Source of the DNA: Paraspadella gotoi
Taxonomy: Eukaryota > Animalia > Chaetognatha
Assembly (NCBI GenBank): GCA_051294375.1
Contig: JBJCIZ010000239.1
Coordinates: 5,785,074-5,849,073 of the forward strand
Direction of reading: 5' to 3'
Length of the DNA: 64,000 bases
A program made the translations under genes and the position numbers. The notes beneath the pieces are model-generated. The model was not told the DNA's origin, searched no databases, and saw only the letters and a program-made list of their open reading frames with translations. Below, in pieces: positions 11,647 through 25,500 of the stretch (positions are counted from its first letter, which is position 1; every line of letters starts with the position of its first letter).

Positions 11647-12636
11647 AGAGAGGAGAAAAGAGAGAGAGAGAAGAGAGAGAGAGAGAGAAAGAGAGTGTCA
11701 TACGTAGCACGTTGAATTACGAGTTCGACTTCTCTGTGATCAAAGGTGCAATAGTGATAAGCAAAGAAGATCGAATAAAACCAGAGGTCGCTAAGATTTT
11801 CAATGCTTTGGGTCGCGCGTTTGAGGCGTCGCCCTCACAAAATGTACGACAATGTTAGAAACTTATTTTCATACGGGCAGACGTTTCAATGATTCGAACA
11901 TTAGTTTGAATGACAATGTGACGGGAAACCAGACTAAAAATAGACCTCAAAACGGGCGGTTTCAATGACGATAAAGTAAGTGGTCGGACGGGTTGATCAT
12001 GAAAAGTGAAAGACTCAGATAGTGAGCCTAAGTGAGGTAAATTCAACGATTAAAGGATATTCACAACAACAAAAAAAGATTCACAAGAAATAGATAATTA
12101 CTCATTTCGTCTGGTTTTATAACTGAGGAATTATAACTGTTGTCCTAAGCAAATTTAAATAAAGTAAATTATAAAGCGTATAACAACATGTATGAACATA
12201 TGACGTATTATTGTTTACTGTTTTAGACTTAGCATTTTCACTTGTTGATTTTATATTTGTTGTTGGCGATTGATTCTCGATCTGAACCTCTTCCATTTAA
12301 TTGTCACTATATGACGTATATGAACGTATGACGTATATGGTTCAAAAGTGATTCTTTTATCACAAAAAAGTGATTGTGTGATAACAAAAAAAAAGATAAA
12401 AAGTTTTTTTGTCGAATAAAAAGGACGACGACGACAACAAAAGGTGAAAGGTCATTAATTGTTTTTAGTTTCTCTTATATATACGTACATGAACACGTAC
12501 ACAGGTACATATACGTACATGTACATCAAATTAACTTCAGGACTGGCAGAGAAACAAAAAAATTATTTTAAAATCTTCAGAATAGATATAAATATATTCA
12601 ATACCTTTTGAATAAGTTGTTGTGTTTTGTGTAATA

Positions 12637-12707
12637 GCATCGGTGGTTCAGTGGAAGAATGCTCGCCTGCCACGCGGGCGGCCCGGGTTCGATTCCCGGC
12701 CGACGCA
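12637..12707 (+). tRNA. tRNA-Gly (GCC)
   Basis: GCATCGGTGGTTCAGTGGAAGAATGCTCGCCT-GCC-ACGCGGGCGGCCCGGGTTCGATTCCCGGCCGACGCA folds as a cloverleaf with A/B boxes; tttt follows. A3:C70 mismatch in the acceptor stem. Confidence 0.93.
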
Positions 12708-12788
12708 CCGTTTTGTTCTTGACTCCTTGTAATTGTAATCAATTAAATAATTAGTAACATTAAATGTCACATCAAAAGTTTAAAATTC

Positions 12789-12860
12789 TGAGCCCGACGT
12801 GATTCGAACACGCAACCTTCTGATCTGGAGTCAGACGCGCTACCGTTGCGCCACAAGCCC
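12789..12860 (-). tRNA. tRNA-Trp (CCA)
   Basis: Reverse complement GGGCTTGTGGCGCAACGGTAGCGCGTCTGACT-CCA-GATCAGAAGGTTGCGTGTTCGAATCACGTCGGGCTCA is a full cloverleaf followed by a T-run. Confidence 0.93.
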
Positions 12861-13003
12861 CGATGCAAAACGACAATTATAAACTGTGAAATTCTTAACC
12901 ATGAGTGAAATGAATGTTATATTAAATCTTATAAATTTTGCGTTTGTATTTTCTCGTTTCGCTTTAAAAAATCTATTTTCCCTTTTTGTCCCCCCCCCTG
13001 TAG

Positions 13004-16000
13004 GCTCCTCGGACAGGAAGCGAAAGATAGGCGGCGCTGGCGGCGCTGGCGGCGCCGCCGGCGCCTTGGGAGACTTGGACTCTGACGACGAGACGATGGG
13101 AACTTACCAAGGGACCATGACCTCGACGAAGACCGTCTCCGGCGCCGAGGATGGTAAGGGATGGTAAGGGGGCGTCGATGTCAGTTCTATCGTCCTGAGT
13201 CGCAATTATTTGCGGTATTGAATCATAGTATAAATTAGAGGATAAATTTAAGTATACAATCGTTTTTATAGATTATTTCTATAGTATCAGTATCAAAAAA
13301 AATATTTATAGTAAAAATTCCAGCGTAAATTATACAATCTTCTTTATATTTTGATGTTTATTCTTTGGCGTTCACCCATTTTTATTGGGTTTTCTCTCTT
13401 TAGCCGAGAAAGACCGAATCGCGCGGGAAAATCATTGCGAAACGGAGAGGAGGCGTCGAGTTAAGATGGCCGCCTACTTTCACGAGCTGTGCGACATGTT
13501 GCCAACTTGCAGGTGGAGAGAGAGAGAGAAATACGACGGATTATGATCAAAATAAGAACGAAAAGATAATACGCTGTCATGAATCGAATAGTAAAGCAAT
13601 TTAACGAATGTCAGTAGTACACAGAAATGAAAAAAAAAACATCTACATTTACAGAATTGTTTATATTGTATTACAAGTATGACAATTTCCCCAAATTACT
13701 AATTCTCATTACTACTCCTTTCCAAAATTTTAACAAAGCCCTTTGCCAAACATTCTGCCCACACTCTACCAACATTTTAACAACCTCTCCAACATTTGAC
13801 AACATTCTCCAACTTATCGCCCTCTTGCAACATCTTCAACATCTCTTTGTAACACCTCTCCGCAACATTCTGTCAACACTCTCCCACACTTTCTGTTCAA
13901 ACACTCTGCCCAACATTCTGTCAACACCTCTCCCAACATTCTGTCACCAAAACTCTCCCATTCTACACTGCAACTTGCTGACAACCCTCTCCTAACATTC
14001 TTGTCAACCACTCTCCCGAACATTTCTGCTAACCCTCTCCAACATTCTGACAACCCCTCTCCCAACATTCTTGACAACCCTCTCTCTTAAGATTCTCTGT
14101 CAAACACTCTCCCAACATCTGTCAACAGGGTCTTCCTACTTATGACAACTCTTCACACTTTCCCAACAACACCTTCCAACACACCCACCTCCATCTTACC
14201 TCTGCGGCAGGTGGCCAACTTCTTGATGTTACCCGAGGCAGTGGACGACGGGTCGTAATTCTCTCACGTTCTCTCGTCGCCCAACGCGTTGTGGTGATCG
14301 GAGCGGCGGGACGCGGCGCCCCCGTCAAGGCGGTCCATGGTGATCGATTTGCCGGTTCCGCATGCGGCAGACTGCAAGGCGCGGCGGGAGCCCATGCAGA
14401 GCCGCATGGGGAAGACTGCTGTCACTTCCTTCTTGACGGGTCCTTTTTTTTGGTTGGGGTGAAGGGGCGCGATGTTTTAGTGTTATTTTGTTTGTGTGTA
14501 CAATATAAGTGTTAAGTAATATTTTTTTGTTTAAGTTTTTAATTGTTCTATTCGTTTTTTGTTTTTTGTTTTTTTTTGTGTTTTTTTTATTTTTGGTTTG
14601 TTAATTTTTTAATTTTTTTTTTTTTTTTTTTTTTTTTGCAAAAGAGAGATAAAAACAACATTTTGCTAGTTTAATAACAATATAAATAATCTTATTTCTT
14701 ACTCGGTTAATAAATTTTAAGAAATGAATAATACATTAAAGTTAATATGAAAACTTGACCATCATCCACTCAAACCCATCCATAATTGGAAACAATCCTC
14801 CCACGGCCCCGTCCAACTTCTCCACCCCCAAACCTGTCTCAAGTCCAAGATCCTCCCGAGTTTTGCGGCTCCGTCGTGGAGAGTTGTTCCCTCAGCTTTT
14901 CCACATCGTCGTGATGAACTTTGTCGAAGAGCGAAGCTCCGTAGAGTTCGGCTTGAAGGATAATAATAAGTGATAATGATACTAAAAAATATAAAAATAT
15001 TAATTAAGTCTCCGACGATGTATATAATGTTCAAAATGGCGGAAAAAGACAATCGTAAAGAGATGCCATTTTTCAAGCATATTTTAGAGGGTTAGGTTAG
15101 GGATAGATTGAATCGTTAGCGGTGGCTTAGGATTTGCTGCTTAGAACTGATAACCTGCTACCAAGGCTACCAAACTGCCATTGATAAAATTTTACAACAG
15201 GAAACCTTTAGAAAGTAAAATGTTACTATTTCCCCGCTTTAAACGTCTATGCTGACGCTAAAACACTGCTAATGAAACGGCTCTCCAAAAAAAAAAATAC
15301 AATTTCAAACCTTACCAAGCTGCTAATTTATTTATTAAAAGCTACCAAAGCCTTTAACTAAAAGTCACTATATCTCCAAACGCAGTAATCCCATTTGAGC
15401 GAGCAGCTAAAAAAACAAAAAAAAAACAGGCAACCAAACGCCACTCAAACGCCATAAAGATGCCACTCAAATCGCGACCTCACCTGCGTGTGATTCAAGA
15501 CGGGAGTGACCGAATCGGACCACGTAGATTTATTCGACCGAGTCGCACTGGACGACGAAGAGAAAACCTGCTCGTAGCGCTTCCCATGATCGATAGCGTC
15601 GTTACGGGTCTTAGCTCACTGAGAGGAGTGGGGAAGGGGGAAGATAAGCAGGGGGAAGGGAAGGAAGAGTGGAAGATAAGATGGGGGTAAGGGGATGAGA
15701 AGGAGAGGGAACAAAGATGAGGGTAAGGGGAATGAGATAGGAGAGGGAAGAAGAAGAGGTGGGAAGGGGAATGAGAAAGAGAGGTGCACGGAAACAGAGG
15801 GGGGAAGTGGGGAATGAGAAGGCGTAGGAGGTGTTAAGAAGCATCGGGAGAAGAAAAAGGAGAATTTTCTAAATAAGTCAAGGAAAAGGCGGTGAGGGAA
15901 CCGAGCAAGAGCTGATGAGTAATGATTTTATAGTAACGGGAAACGAGAGAACGGATGGCGGGCGGAACGATGTTAACTATTAATCATTAAGTCTACTGCA

Positions 16001-16467
16001 ATAATAAACAAAAATAGGCCCCATAATGAAGCGAGAAAATAAACTCAAGACACTTTTGTCTAGTTTACCGAAATATGCAAATGAGATTTATAACCGGATT
16101 TGGTAATTATACTAAAAACAATCCGTTACATTTGTTCGTTAGATAAAAAAAAACCAAAAAAAAAACACCCAAAACACAAAGGAGGAAACGAGCCACGGCC
16201 TCAAACCTGATCTTGTGAGGAAGGACGGTTTGTAGCCGGCGTCTCTGCCGGCCGGTCCGATGCCTTGCAGGTTTTGAGATGATCGACAGCCATTCGCAAA
16301 GATGGTCAGTTTGTCCGGCTTTCGAGCCAATGTGCTGGGCAGGATGAAGAGGGGAAATGTGGTCATGGGTCTTTCCTTCGTCTTTAGGTTCCTTTTTTCT
16401 TTTCTTTTTTTTTTTTTTGTCTTTGCTTTCTGTACAGTAATTTTTTTTAAATAATTGTTTCTATTGT

Positions 16468-16523
<56 letters not shown>

Positions 16524-16584
16524 TTCTTTCTTTTCTTCTTTTCTTCTTTCCTTTTCCTAATTTCCTCTTTTATCTTCTCTTCTT

Positions 16585-16631
<47 letters not shown>

Positions 16632-19600
16632 TACTCCNNNNNNNNNNNNNNNNNNNNNNNNNGTCCTCCATGCGGCTCTGCATGGGCTCCCGCCGCGCCT
16701 TCATCTGCCGCATGCGGACCGGCAACGTCACCATGGACCCCTTGACGGGGGCGCCCGTCCCGCGCCTCCATCACCACAACGCGTTGGGGCCGACGAGAGA
16801 CGGAGAGAATTACGCCGTCGTCCACTGCTCGGGTTACATCAAGAATTGGCCACCGCCGCAGGGTAAGAGGAGGTGGGTGTGTTGGGAGAGTGTTGTTGGG
16901 AGTGTTGGAAGAGTTGTCATAATGTAGGAAGACTGTTGACAGAATGTTGGGAGAGTGTTGACAGAATCTTAGGAAGAGAGTTGTTAGAATGTTTGGGAGA
17001 GTGTTGACAGATCTTAGAGAGTGTTTTCAGAATTTGGACTTGGGAGAGGTGTGACAGAATGTTTGGAGAGGGTTTAGCAGAATATTGGAGAGTGTTGACA
17101 GAATGTTGGGAGAGTGTTGACAGAAATTAGGAGAGCAGTTGTTAGAATGGTTGGGAGAGTGTTTTCAGAATGTTGGGAGAGGGTTAGCAGAAGGTTGGAG
17201 AGTGTTGACAGATCTTAGGAGATGTTTCAAGAATGTTGGGAACTTGGGAGAGGGTTAGCCAGAATGTTTGGGAGAGTGTTGACAGATGTTGGGAGAGTGT
17301 TGACAGAATCTTGGAGAAGTGTTTTCGAATGTTGGGACTTGAGAGGGTTTAGCAGAATATTGGAAGTGTTGACAGAAGTTGGGAAGATGTTGACAGAATC
17401 TTAGGAGAGTGTTTTCAGAATGTTGGGACTTGGGAGAGGGTTTAGCAGAATATTGGGAGAGTGTTGACAGAATGTTTGGGCAGAGTGTTGACAGAATGTT
17501 GGGAGAGTGTTTTCAGAATGTTGGGACTTGGGAGAGGGTTAGCAGAATATTGGAGAGGTTGACAAGAATGTTGGGAGGTGGTGACAAAATCTTTAGAGAG
17601 TGTTTTTCAGAATGTTGGGACTTGGGAAAGGGTTAGCAGAATATTGGGAGAGTGTTTGACCAGAATCTTAGGAGAGTGTTTTCAGTGTTGGGACTTTGGG
17701 AGAGGGTTAGAGATATTGGAGAGTGTTGACAGATGTTGGGAGAGGGTTAGCAAGAATGTTGGGAGAGTGTTGACAGAGATCCTTATGGAGAGTTTTTTCA
17801 CGAATGTTGGACCTGGGAGAGGTTAGCAGAATATTGGAGAGTGTTGACAGAATGTTGGAGAGTGTTGACAGGAAATCTTACGAGAGTGTTTTTTCAGAAT
17901 GTTGGGACTTGGGAAGAGGTTAGCAACGAATATTGGGAGAGTGTTTGACAGAATGGTGGGAGAGTGTTGACAGAAATGGTTTGGGAGTGTTTTCAGAATG
18001 TTGGGAACTTGGAGAGGGTTAGCAGAATATTGGGAGAGTGTTGACAGAATGTTGGGAGAGTGTTGACAAAATCTTAGGAGTTGGTTTCAGAATGTTGGGA
18101 CTTTGGGAAAAGGTTTAGCAGAATATTGGGAGAGTTGTTGACAGAATCTTAGGAGAGTTGTTTTTCAAGAAATGTTGGGACTTGGGAGAGGTTAGCAGAA
18201 TATTGGGAGAGTGGTTTTCAGAATGTTGGGAGAGGGTTAGCAGAATTTGGGAGAGTGTTGACAGAATCTTAGGAGAGTGTTTTCAGAATGTTGGGACTTG
18301 GGAAAGGGTTAGCGAATATTGGGAGAGTGTTGACAGAATCTTAGGAGAGTTTTTCAGAATGTTGGGACTTGGGAAAGGGTTAGCAGAATATTGGGAGAGT
18401 GTTGACAGAATGTTGGGAGAGTGTTGACAGAATCTTAGGAGAGTTTTTCAGAATGTTGGGACTGGAGAGGGTTAGCAAAGAATATTGGAGAGTGTTTTTC
18501 AAGATGTTGGGGACTTGGGAGAGGGTTAGCAGATATTGGGAGAGTGTTGACAGAACTTAGGAGAGTGTTTTCGAATGTTGGGCCTTGGGAGAGGGGTTAG
18601 CAGAAATATTGGGAGAGTGTTGAAGAATGTTGGGAAGAGGGTTAGCAAAGAATGTTGGGATGAGTGTTGAAACAGAATCTTAGGAGAGTGTTTTCCAGAT
18701 GTTGGGACTTGGAGAGGGTTAGCAGAATATGGAAGAGTGTTGACAGGAATGTTGGGAGAGTGTTGACAGAATGTTGGAGAGTGTTGACAAAATGTTAGGA
18801 GAGTGTTTTCAGAATGTTGGGACTTGGAGAGGGTTAGCAGAATATTGGGAGAGTGTTGACAGAATGTGGGAAGGGTTAGCAGAATGTTGCGAGAGTGTTG
18901 ACAGAATGTTAGGAAGAGGGCCATAAGGTTGGAAGATGGTTGTCAAAATGTTGGTAGAGGGTTGTTAAAATGTTGGTAGAGTGTGGGCAGAATGTTGGCA
19001 AAGGGTTGTTAAAATTTTGGAAAGGTGTAGTAATGAGAATTTAGTAATTGGGGAAATTGTCATACTTGTAATACAATATAAGAAATTCTTAATGTAATGT
19101 TTTTTTTTTTCATTCTGTGTACTACTACATTCGTTAAATTGCTTTACTATTCGATTCATGACAGCGTATTATCTTTCGTTCTTATTTTTGTCATAATCCG
19201 TCGTATTTCCATTCCCCCGATCCAACCCGCTTTGTTTCCCCGATCCCCTAATCCCCCTCCTCAAGGGATGGAAATCCCCGAGGGAGAGGAACCCCTGGCT
19301 TCACACTGTTGCCTCGTGGCCATCGGTCGTCTTCAAACTTCTTCCGTCCCCAACACCTCGGATCTCATTGGTCCGCAGTCATCGTCGGAATTCATCACGA
19401 GGTGAGCCATCTGGTTGTGGCGTTTTGATGTCAGTTTTTTTTGATGTAGTAGGGAAAAATTGTTGCATGTGGTTATGATGTTGTTTATTATATCTTATAC
19501 ATACGTATTTTTTTAATTTTTCTGAAAAGAGGTAAAAAAACAAAAGTCTATTCCGATAGATGGACCTCGTTCTTGGTAATTTTTTTTTTCTAACAACAAA

Positions 19601-20194
19601 AGGGAAATGACGTTAATTTATGTATATTTATTCGTTATTCGCTATTCACTTTTTAATCGTCATCGTGGCCTTGAAATAAATAAAAATTCGTGATAAAATT
19701 CGTAAAATCACTCGACTTACTAAATGTTAATTTTTAATACCAAACTCCATTTTTTAAATAAATGATTTTTTTAGACAAACTCTGGACGGAAAGTTCACTT
19801 TTGTTGACCAACGAGTCACAGCTCTCCTCGGCTACCAACCGTCGGAGCTTTTGGGCAAATCCAGCTCGGAGTTCTATCACCCGGACGATCAGGCCAATAT
19901 GAAGGAGACAATAGAACAAGTCCTCAAATTGAAGGGGCAGGTGAGAGAGAGAGAGAAGGAAAGGAAATAGAAGAAAATGAAAAAACGTTTGAAAAATGCC
20001 TTCAAAATAAAAGCGAATCATGTTTGGCCCCGTTAATCAATTTCTCTCCCTTAAAACACCCTTAACAACTTTTTCCTCTCTCCTCTCTCTCTCTCTCTCA
20101 TCTGCTCTGTCCTCCCTTCCCTCTCCCTCCAACCCCTTCCCCGGCCCTACTCTTCCCATCCATCCGCCCTCGTTCATCCACTGCCCCCTCCATG

Positions 20195-20249
<55 letters not shown>

Positions 20250-22592
20250 TCCCTCTCTCTCTCNNNNNNNNNNNNNNNNNNNNNNNNNNNNNNNNNNNNN
20301 NNNNNNNNNNNNNNNNNNNNNNNNNNNNNNNNNNNNNNNNNNNNNNNNNNNNNNNNNNNNNNNNNNNNNNNNNNNNNNNNNNNNNNNNNNNNNNNNCATT
20401 TATTTTCTTTTCTTTTCTTTCTCTCTTTTCTTTTCTCTTTTCCTCCCATTTATTTTGTTTTCTGTTATTTTGTTTTCTTTTCTTTTCTTTTCTCTTTTTT
20501 TTTATTTCTTATCTTTTCGTTTCTTTTCTTTTTCTTTCCTCTCCTTTCTTTTTCATCTCATGCTCTCTTCTTCCTTCCTCCCTCACAACTCATTCCCTCC
20601 TTTGTCCCCCCCCAGGTCCTCTCCGTGATGTACCGGTTCCGCGGGAAGAGTTCGAACCCCGAGTGGGTCTGGGTCCGAACCTCCGCCTTCTCTTTTCACA
20701 ATCCCTACACCGACGACGTGGAATACATCGTCTGCACGACGAGCTTGGGTACGAAGCGATTGATTGTCGATTGGGCAAGCAATTCATCAATCTATTATTC
20801 CTGTCAACGTATTAATCAGTCGAATGAGCCAATCTATCAATATATCAATCTTTCGATTTATTACGATTATTATGATTCAGTCAATTTAACATAAAACTTA
20901 TCTGTCAATCAGCCAATCTATCGATGGGTCAATCTGTCAACCTCTTAATCTGGCAATCAGTCAATCTTTTAATCCATCGATTTTGTCAATCAATCAATCT
21001 CTCGCTATCAATCTCTCAATCTTTTAAACTATCAATCTGTCAACCTATCAATATATTAATCCTTCAATCTATCAATCTATCAATAAATAAATAGTTATTC
21101 AAAATGAGAAAAGAAATCAATCAATCAATCACAATCCCAAATATCAGCCAACGGCGACAAGGGCGTGGCGCCCGGAGTCGACGCAGCCGCCTACGGCACT
21201 CGTCCGACCGACTACGGAGCCGCCGCGGCCGCTGCGGCCGCCGCGGCCGCCGCCGCAACCGGCGTCGAAACTATAGGCTACACGGCGTCGTATCCAGGCA
21301 ACGTGATTCAACAGCCGACGGGACGATATCCGTCCAATTACGCGCAGTCCTCGCAGCAGCAGCAGCCTACGCCGCCGCAGCAGGGTGAGAGGGGAAATCG
21401 GGAGCTGCGTTGGGGCAGCGGAGTTTTTGGTTGTTGTTGTCGTTGTTATTGGAAAACAAGGAACGGTTATTCCAAGGTGTTACGCACGCATTACTTTTCT
21501 TTCCAGGCAACTCCTCCCCCTGGCATGCCTCCCAGTGGCCGGCCAACGTCTCCACGCCGGGCGCGCCCACTTCCGCTTCGCCCATCGTCACNNNNNNNNN
21601 NNNNNNNNNNNNNNNNNNNNNNNNNNNNNNNNNNNNNNNNNNNNNNNNNNNNNNNNNNNNNNNNNNNNNNNNNNNNNNNNNNNNNNNNNNNNNNNNNNNN
21701 NNNNNNNNNNNNNNNNNNNNNNNNNNNNNNNNNNNNNNNNNNNNNNNNNNNNNNNNNNNNNNNNNNNNNNNNNNNNNNNNNNNNNNNNNNNNNNNNNNNN
21801 NNNNNNNNNNNNNNNNNNNNNNNNNNNNNNNNNNNNNNNNNNNNNNNNNNNNNNNNNNNNNNNNNNNNNNNNNNNNNNNNNNNNNNNNNNNNNNNNNNNN
21901 NNNNNNNNNNNNNNNNNNNNNNNNNNNNNNNNNNNNNNNNNNNNNNNNNNNNNNNNNNNNNNNNNNNNNNNNNNNNNNNNNNNNNNNNNNNNNNNNNNNN
22001 NNNNNAAAACAACGATGTTGTTTTGTTTTTATTTTTGTTTTTGTTTTTGTTTTTGTGTTTGTTTTTGTTCAAACAACGATTTTTATTTTCATATCGAATA
22101 TGTTTTCGGTTCCTTTTTTCGAACCTTCATCTGCGAAAATGAATTCAAAATTTGAAAATAAGTTAAGAGAGAGAGAGAGANNNNNNNNNNNNNNNNNNNN
22201 NNNNNNNNNNNNNNNNNNNNNNNNNNNNNNNNNNNNNNNNNNNNNNNNNNNNNNNNNNNNNNNNNNNNNNNNNNNNNNNNNNNNNNNNNNNNNNNNNNNN
22301 NNNNNNNNNNNNNNNNNNNNNNNNNNNNNNNNNNNNNNNNNNNNNNNNNNGTCAGATAATTTAAACTTAATTCTAAATTTAACATGAAACGGGACGTTCG
22401 GGGAAAATAAAGGCATTCCTAATTATCCGTTCAAACTGAAAGCTTGGGTTCTAATCTTTGCATCTCTTCCAGGTGCAACAGCAGCAAGAAGAGTTTTCGG
22501 ACATGCTGCAGATGCTGAATCAGAACCAGAGCCAATTCCAAGACATCACCGGAATGTTCCATTCCTTCAACGGAGATCAATCGTCGCTTTGA
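13004..22592 (+). CDS. ARNT: Aryl hydrocarbon receptor nuclear translocator (ARNT/HIF-1beta/tango), bHLH-PAS
   Basis: Plus-strand exons: 13004-13153; 13404-13512 ([30 protein letters not shown]); 16663-16862 ([15 protein letters not shown]...[13 protein letters not shown]); 19266-19401 ([11 protein letters not shown]); 19775-19940 ([11 protein letters not shown]...[11 protein letters not shown]); 20616-20748 ([19 protein letters not shown]); 21148-21384; 21507-gap; 22473-22592 ([10 protein letters not shown]...MFHSF, stop). Phases are consistent. The first exon was not identified. Confidence 0.95.
13529..16637 (-). other. Inverted, indel-rich block holding the ARNT helix-2 and PAS-A exons
   Basis: Minus-strand exons ~16334-16207 ([12 protein letters not shown]...YKPSFLT), ~15618-15484 (...[10 protein letters not shown]...[12 protein letters not shown]) and ~14952-14834 ([24 protein letters not shown]...RILDL). 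13529-14430 is a shorter reverse-complement copy of ~16663-19209. Confidence 0.88.
16875..18985 (+). repeat. ~22-bp minisatellite array in an ARNT intron
   Basis: About 2 kb of gagagtgttgacagaatgttgg / gagagggttagcagaatattgg variants; shorter reverse-complement copy at ~13740-14180. Confidence 0.93.
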
Positions 22593-25500
22593 TCGCATCG
22601 ACTGCATCCGATTATCGCTCTGATCGCACCGACTGCATCTCAAAGCTGCATCAAAACAATCTGCATACACAGCGGCGCAAAAAAAAAGACACTTTTTCAC
22701 ATCGAAAAAACCGTAATGGATGGCTGACTTCTATTAAGATATAGAAACATAAAACAAAGCTTATTGCACCAATTGATAACTTTTTGAAAGAGCGATACTT
22801 TTTATAATTTTTTTTTTTTAATTAAAAAAGAAATAGTGGAGTTATTTAGAGCTAACAAGTATCTTCTTTTTTCTGCGCCGCAGTGTACATACGCGCAAGA
22901 CTGATCATCTCTCCGATTGCTGTGTGTTTTTTTTTAAATGAGCTCCGTTCGCACGTATTATTGTTTTTGCTGTCTCGTATGGAAAGAACCTTGTTCGCAA
23001 TTTTTGTTTAGATTGTAATTCATTCGTTTTCGATCTTTTTTGATCGAGATCCATGGAGCTGGAAACAAAAAATCCGAAGATCTGAAAATTGTAATTTTTC
23101 TTTTTCTTTTAAATCGAGTNNNNNNNNNNNNNNNNNNNNNNNNNNNNNNNNNNNNNNNNNNNNNNNNNNNNNNNNNNNNNNNNNNNNNNNNNNNNNNNNN
23201 NNNNNNNNNNNNNNNNNNNNNNNNNNNNNNNNNNNNNNNNNNNNNNNNNNNNNNNNNNNNNNNNNNAAAATATAATTCTGAATCACAGTTGCATTGCACA
23301 CACACACGAAGATACACGCCCACACACGAAGAAACGCTCTCGCGCGTTGGTTTTAAAGTTAAAACTACAATTTGGCATTATTTTTCAAAAGCCGCCCAGT
23401 TCAAATTCGAAAGGATTCGTATGAAAATTTGATTAAGGATAATGATATAATATCGTAAATGGTTTAGGATTAAGCATAAAAATGAGGTGGATATTTAAGT
23501 AAGATATTTAGATTCAAATTCATTTCAGAATGGATAAATTGGGCCCCTTTAAAAAATAGTGCCATCAATTCTACTGAAAAAAAACAAAACAAAAAACAAA
23601 ACACTTTTTAAATGTTTCATCTTTGCTCTTCGACGCTTATGTCGTAACTGGTTCATTATTTTTAATACGATGTATTTTAATTTTTTAATCATCATTATTT
23701 TACTTTTTCTCCCTGCCTTTCACAACCTCTTTATTTTTTATCTATGATGCCGAATATACAGTAGAAAAAAAAAGAGTCAATTGCCTTAAAACCAATTGTC
23801 TTCATTTTTGTTTTTTTTATTTTCAGAGGTAAAATAAAACAGAAACAATCGTAATAAAGAAATTCACAGATTATCTAGAAACAGTTTAACAGAAGNNNNN
23901 NNNNNNNNNNNNNNNNNNNNNNNNNNNNNNNNNNNNNNNNNNNNNNNNNNNNNNNNNNNNNNNNNNNNNNNNNNNNNNNNNNNNNNNNNNNNNNNNNNNN
24001 NNNNNNNNNNNNNNNNNNNNNNNNNNNNNNNNNNNNNNNNNNNNNNNNNNNNNNNNNNNNNNNNNNNNNNNNNACAAATTATGAGAAACGAGTTGGCATT
24101 CTGAAAAATGGAGGAAAAAAATTATCAAAATTAATTATTTTTTTAAAAAGAAAATTTAATTCGCTGCGGTTGGTGAATTGAAAAAAAAATATTTCAAGTT
24201 AATTAGATCGAAGACAAAGCTGCTTGCATCTTTACTAAAATTAATTAATTAATAAATTAATTAAAGGGGGCAAAATTACCCGTGGTGCTTTCCGTGTTAC
24301 AAATTCCAAGTGATCACGTGACTTTTGACCCGGGCGTCCCTTGGCTTTTTGACGCGAAAAAAATCTGTAACTAGAAACTCAGGAACCAAAAATGTTAAAA
24401 TTAACCTTTTTGTAAATATTTAATTTTTTTTTCTCTAAACTCTGCGACTACTGTGAGCCATGCTCGCGAAAGCCGATAACTTTAACAGTAACTTTATTTT
24501 TGGATTAATTCAATTGGAACGGTTCCTGTGAAGTAAGGAGAACTGATTCCGCCTCGTCAATAATGTAAACAATACATAAAAATTAGAGAAAGCGAAGCAA
24601 TCAGATTCGTATTTTTCGCCAATACCGGGTGAAATAATTTGAATGCGTTAAAAGGGAAACAAAGTTGATGCAAAGGAAACAGCTCCTGTCTAGTAAGAAA
24701 ACTGTTTCATCGGATTAATTGAAAAAAAAAATGGTTCCTATGAAGTAAGGTTAACCACTTTTTGCGTGAGAAAAGGGAATTTAGTTATCTAAACCCAAAA
24801 TTAGGGGCTACTAAAATGAGTAAATATAATGAGGTGACAATGTCGTGTAAATGACTGGTAGTGACACAAAAGATAAAAAAGTGAAAGTAACTAAAATTAA
24901 GTGAAGATTTTGTTTTACTTACTTTACTTACCCGCGCNNNNNNNNNNNNNNNNNNNNNNNNNNNNNNNNNNNNNNNNNNNNNNNNNNNNNNNNNNNNNNN
25001 NNNNNNNNNNNNNNNNNNNNNNNNNNNNNNNNNNNNNNNNNNNNNNNNNNNNNNNNNNNNNNNNNNNNNNNNNNNNNNNNNNNNNNNNNNNNNNNNNNNN
25101 NNNNNNNNNNNNNNNNNNNNNNNNNNNNNNNNNNNNNNNNNNNNNNNNNNNNNNNNNNNNNNNNNNNNNNNNNNNNNNNNNNNNNNNNNNNNNNNNNNNN
25201 NNNNNNNNNNNNNNNNNNNNNNNNNNNNNNNNNNNNNNNNNNNNNNNNNNNNNNNNNNNNNNNNNNNNNNNNNNNNNNNNNNNNNNNNNNNNNNNNNNNN
25301 NNNNNNNNNNNNNNNNNNNNNNNNNNNNNNNNNNNNNNNNNNNNNNNNNNNNNNNNNNNNNNNNNNNNNNNNNNNNNNNNNNNNNNNNNNNNNNNNNNNN
25401 NNNNNNNNNNNNNNNNNNNNNNNNNNNNNNNNNNNNNNNNNNNNNNNNNNNNNNNNNNNNNNNNNNNNNNNNNNNNNNNNNNNNNNNNNNNNNNNNNNNN

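Noticed and set aside
16875-18985. CRISPR-like or coding repeat array (C/W/E/R-rich ORFs)
   Set aside because: Contiguous degenerate ~22-bp units with no unique spacers, inside an intron of a eukaryotic gene.
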